Source: a bacterium (lineage in GTDB: Bacteria; SZUA-182; DTGQ01). Taken from it: DNA of 17,285 bases. Numbering within the stretch: position 1 is the stretch's first letter; each line of letters starts with the position of its first letter. Positions 15,364-17,285 of the stretch are shown here, one piece after another. A model generated the notes under the pieces. It searched no databases. It was given only the letters and a program-made list of their open reading frames with translations, and was not told the DNA's origin. The stretch covers positions 1-17,285 of the forward strand of contig JBFMGO010000121.1 of assembly GCA_040752695.1 (NCBI GenBank), in the 5' to 3' direction. The position numbers were made by a program, and so were the translations under genes.

Positions 15364-15526
15364 GAACTTGCCTTAAAAATCCTGTTGGAGAATAAACAGC
15401 CGTCTATTTCGTCACCCCTTGTGAAAACGGGGGAACAAGTGTTTAAAAAGACTGAATTTTTTAGCTTTCGCTGGAATGACGACAGGGGCGTATGGCCATG
15501 AGTCCCTTATCTTTTCAAGCAAGCTC
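15364..15526. mobile_element. possible degenerate MITE with an internal palindromic element
   Basis: GAACTTGCCTTAAAA (15364-15378) versus the reverse complement of 15512-15526, GAGCTTGCTTGAAAA: 12/15 identical. Internal imperfect palindrome CGTCACCCC...GGAATGACG. No ORF. Confidence 0.35.
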
Positions 15527-15544
15527 CTATGGGAACGGTGCCCC

Positions 15545-15576
15545 CTCCTTTTCCTGAAGAAAAAAGGAGCCTTTTT
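15545..15576 (+). terminator. possible intrinsic terminator
   Basis: Stem CTCCTTTT...AAAAGGAG followed by CCTTTTT. Confidence 0.35.
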
Positions 15577-15643
15577 CCTGTTTAGGTTACGGCAGGAAAC
15601 ATACTGGTAACATCGTCACGATAAAAATAAAAAATACCTTCCG

Positions 15644-16846
15644 ATGAACATCCTGTTTCTTTCGACTACTATTCCTTACCCCCCCATTGACGGGCATTCG
15701 CAAAGGACTTACTATCTTTTAAAACATTTGGCGGAGCGCCACCGGATCCATTTGATCGGGTTCGTGAAAAAGCCCGATGATTGGGGATCGGCACAGATAC
15801 TCCGGGAATTTTGCGCCGGTGTGTATCCGTTCGTTCTTCCTGAAGATGTTTCCCGGCTGGATCTGGGACTTTCTCTGGCCTGCAATCTTTTTTCCTCCGA
15901 TCCCTTTGTGGTCCGGAAATATTTTCATCCCCAAACCCGGCTCACTCTGGAAAAGATTTTCCAAAAAGATCGGATACACCTTATGCACTGCGATATGCCT
16001 AATCTGACTGTTTATGTCAACAGCCGCAATGGTCCTCCTGCCATTACGGTTCATCACGATCTGGAATGGACGCTTATGGAACGCAGGGCAGACATGGAAT
16101 CAAACTTTTGCAAAAAGTGGTACTTTTCCCGGCAGGCTCAAAGGTGGCAGCGTTATCTGGCCAGGATAGAGGCTAAGACCCGGCTTCATGTGGTGGTTTC
16201 CGACCTGGATAGACAGCGCCTGGAGGAGATCTCTCCCCTGCATATACCGGTTCGTGTAGCACCTAACGGCGTGGACGTGGAATACTTTCAACCCCGGCCT
16301 TGCGTACCGGTGGAAAAAACGATTTTATTCTTGGGGGGAATGCATGTTTTTCAGAATGCGGACGGAGTAGAATACTTTTTGAAAAGCGTCTGGCCTCTGA
16401 TTCAGGATATGGAAAAAGGGGTGAAGTGCCTGATCATAGGACAAAATCCATCCAGGCAGCTCCAAAACCTGGCTTCAGAAACAGGGGCCTGGATGCCCGG
16501 ATTTGTCGAGGATGTGCGGCCCTTCTTGGCCAGTGCCGGCCTCATGGTAGTGCCGATCCGCATTGGCAGCGGAACGCGCCTCAAGATTTTATCAGCCATG
16601 GCCATGGGTAAGGCCGTGGTTTCCACCTCTGTCGGCTGCGAGGGAATCGATGCCCGGGACGGGGAGCATCTGTTGGTGGCGGACACCCCTTTGGATATGG
16701 CCCGCCAGGTGGTGGAGGTGCTGCGAAACCCTGCCCTTCAAAAACGGCTGGGAGAGAACGGCCGCAGGCTGGTTGAAGAAAAATACTCCTGGGCCAGAAT
16801 CGCCCGGATCATGGAAGATGTTTACCAGGAGGCGGTGGAGGGATAA
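15644..16846 (+). CDS. glycosyltransferase family 4, resembling the sugar transferases of PEP-CTERM-associated EPS loci
   Basis: 'MNILFLSTTIPYPPIDG', 'PNGVDVEYF', 'GFVEDVRP', 'VVPIRIGSGTRLKI' and 'GCEGI'. Confidence 0.9.
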   Translation: MNILFLSTTIPYPPIDGHSQRTYYLLKHLAERHRIHLIGFVKKPDDWGSAQILREFCAGVYPFVLPEDVSRLDLGLSLACNLFSSDPFVVRKYFHPQTRLTLEKIFQKDRIHLMHCDMPNLTVYVNSRNGPPAITVHHDLEWTLMERRADMESNFCKKWYFSRQAQRWQRYLARIEAKTRLHVVVSDLDRQRLEEISPLHIPVRVAPNGVDVEYFQPRPCVPVEKTILFLGGMHVFQNADGVEYFLKSVWPLIQDMEKGVKCLIIGQNPSRQLQNLASETGAWMPGFVEDVRPFLASAGLMVVPIRIGSGTRLKILSAMAMGKAVVSTSVGCEGIDARDGEHLLVADTPLDMARQVVEVLRNPALQKRLGENGRRLVEEKYSWARIARIMEDVYQEAVEG

Positions 16847-16872
16847 GCAGGTTTTGTCCTGAGCCTCTCCTC

Positions 16873-16926
16873 CATACTGTAAGGCAACCCCTGACCATTC
16901 ACACTGTAAGGCAACCCCTGACCATC
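16873..16926 (+). repeat. 2 x 27-bp near-perfect direct repeat
   Basis: CATACTGTAAGGCAACCCCTGACCATT / CACACTGTAAGGCAACCCCTGACCATC, ending just before the SDR ATG. Confidence 0.9.
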
Positions 16927-16927
16927 C

Positions 16928-17285
16928 ATGAATCTCAATGGCAAAGTCATCATCATTACCGGAGCCAGCAAAGGTATAGGTAGGGCCGCTGCCTGCCTTT
17001 TGGCTGAAAAGGGAGGGCAGGTCGTCCTGGCTGCCCGCGATGGAAGCGCACTTCAAGAGGTCAGCCGCAGCATCAAAAGGGGCAGGGGTATTTCCCTGGC
17101 AGTGTCCTCCAACGTACGGCGTGAAGGCAGCGTCAAAGCCCTGGTCAACCAGGTGATCAGTCGGTTCGGCCGCATAGATGTCCTCATTAATAACGCAGGC
17201 GTATGCGTTTACGGGCCTGTGACTCAGACTACGCTGGATGAGTGGGAACAGGTCATGGAAACCAATTTGAAAGGGGTTTTCCTCT
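16928..17285 (+). CDS. short-chain dehydrogenase/reductase (SDR), truncated by the window end
   Basis: Not in the ORF track. Reads MNLNGKVIIITGASKGIGRAAA...FGRIDVLINNAGV...TNLKGVFL, with TGxxxGIG and NNAG motifs; open to the window end. Confidence 0.92.
   Translation, partial: MNLNGKVIIITGASKGIGRAAACLLAEKGGQVVLAARDGSALQEVSRSIKRGRGISLAVSSNVRREGSVKALVNQVISRFGRIDVLINNAGVCVYGPVTQTTLDEWEQVMETNLKGVFL

Overview
This window is mostly one plus-strand surface-polysaccharide (EPS/glycan) biosynthesis and tailoring cluster. In order it encodes: a CelD/BcsL-type GNAT protein, a NodB polysaccharide deacetylase, a GT4 glycosyltransferase, a Wzx-type flippase, an asparagine-synthetase-like amide ligase, a CapA/PGA_cap metallophosphoesterase-fold protein, a Wzy/O-antigen-ligase-family membrane protein, a LysA-fold PLP decarboxylase, an ATP-grasp ligase and a second GT4. 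An AT-rich insert follows (PIN toxin plus small partner, an orphan antitoxin-like gene, palindromic/MITE-like elements), then a third GT4 and the 5' part of an SDR. Most interesting points: (1) the AsnB-like protein has lost its glutaminase catalytic residues (MPG instead of MCG, DG instead of NG) and is co-encoded with a divergent decarboxylase, an ATP-grasp ligase, a GNAT and a deacetylase, suggesting an uncharacterised amine/amino-acyl glycan-decoration pathway. (2) The flippase and CapA genes have no canonical start codon ahead of their conserved N-termini and seem to need ATA and CTG starts. (3) Five gene junctions each hold a different short tandem repeat, several built from the RBS/start region. 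(4) A close match to a sigma-54 promoter with candidate enhancer repeats points leftwards out of the window. Family calls come from motif recognition only; no searches were run.
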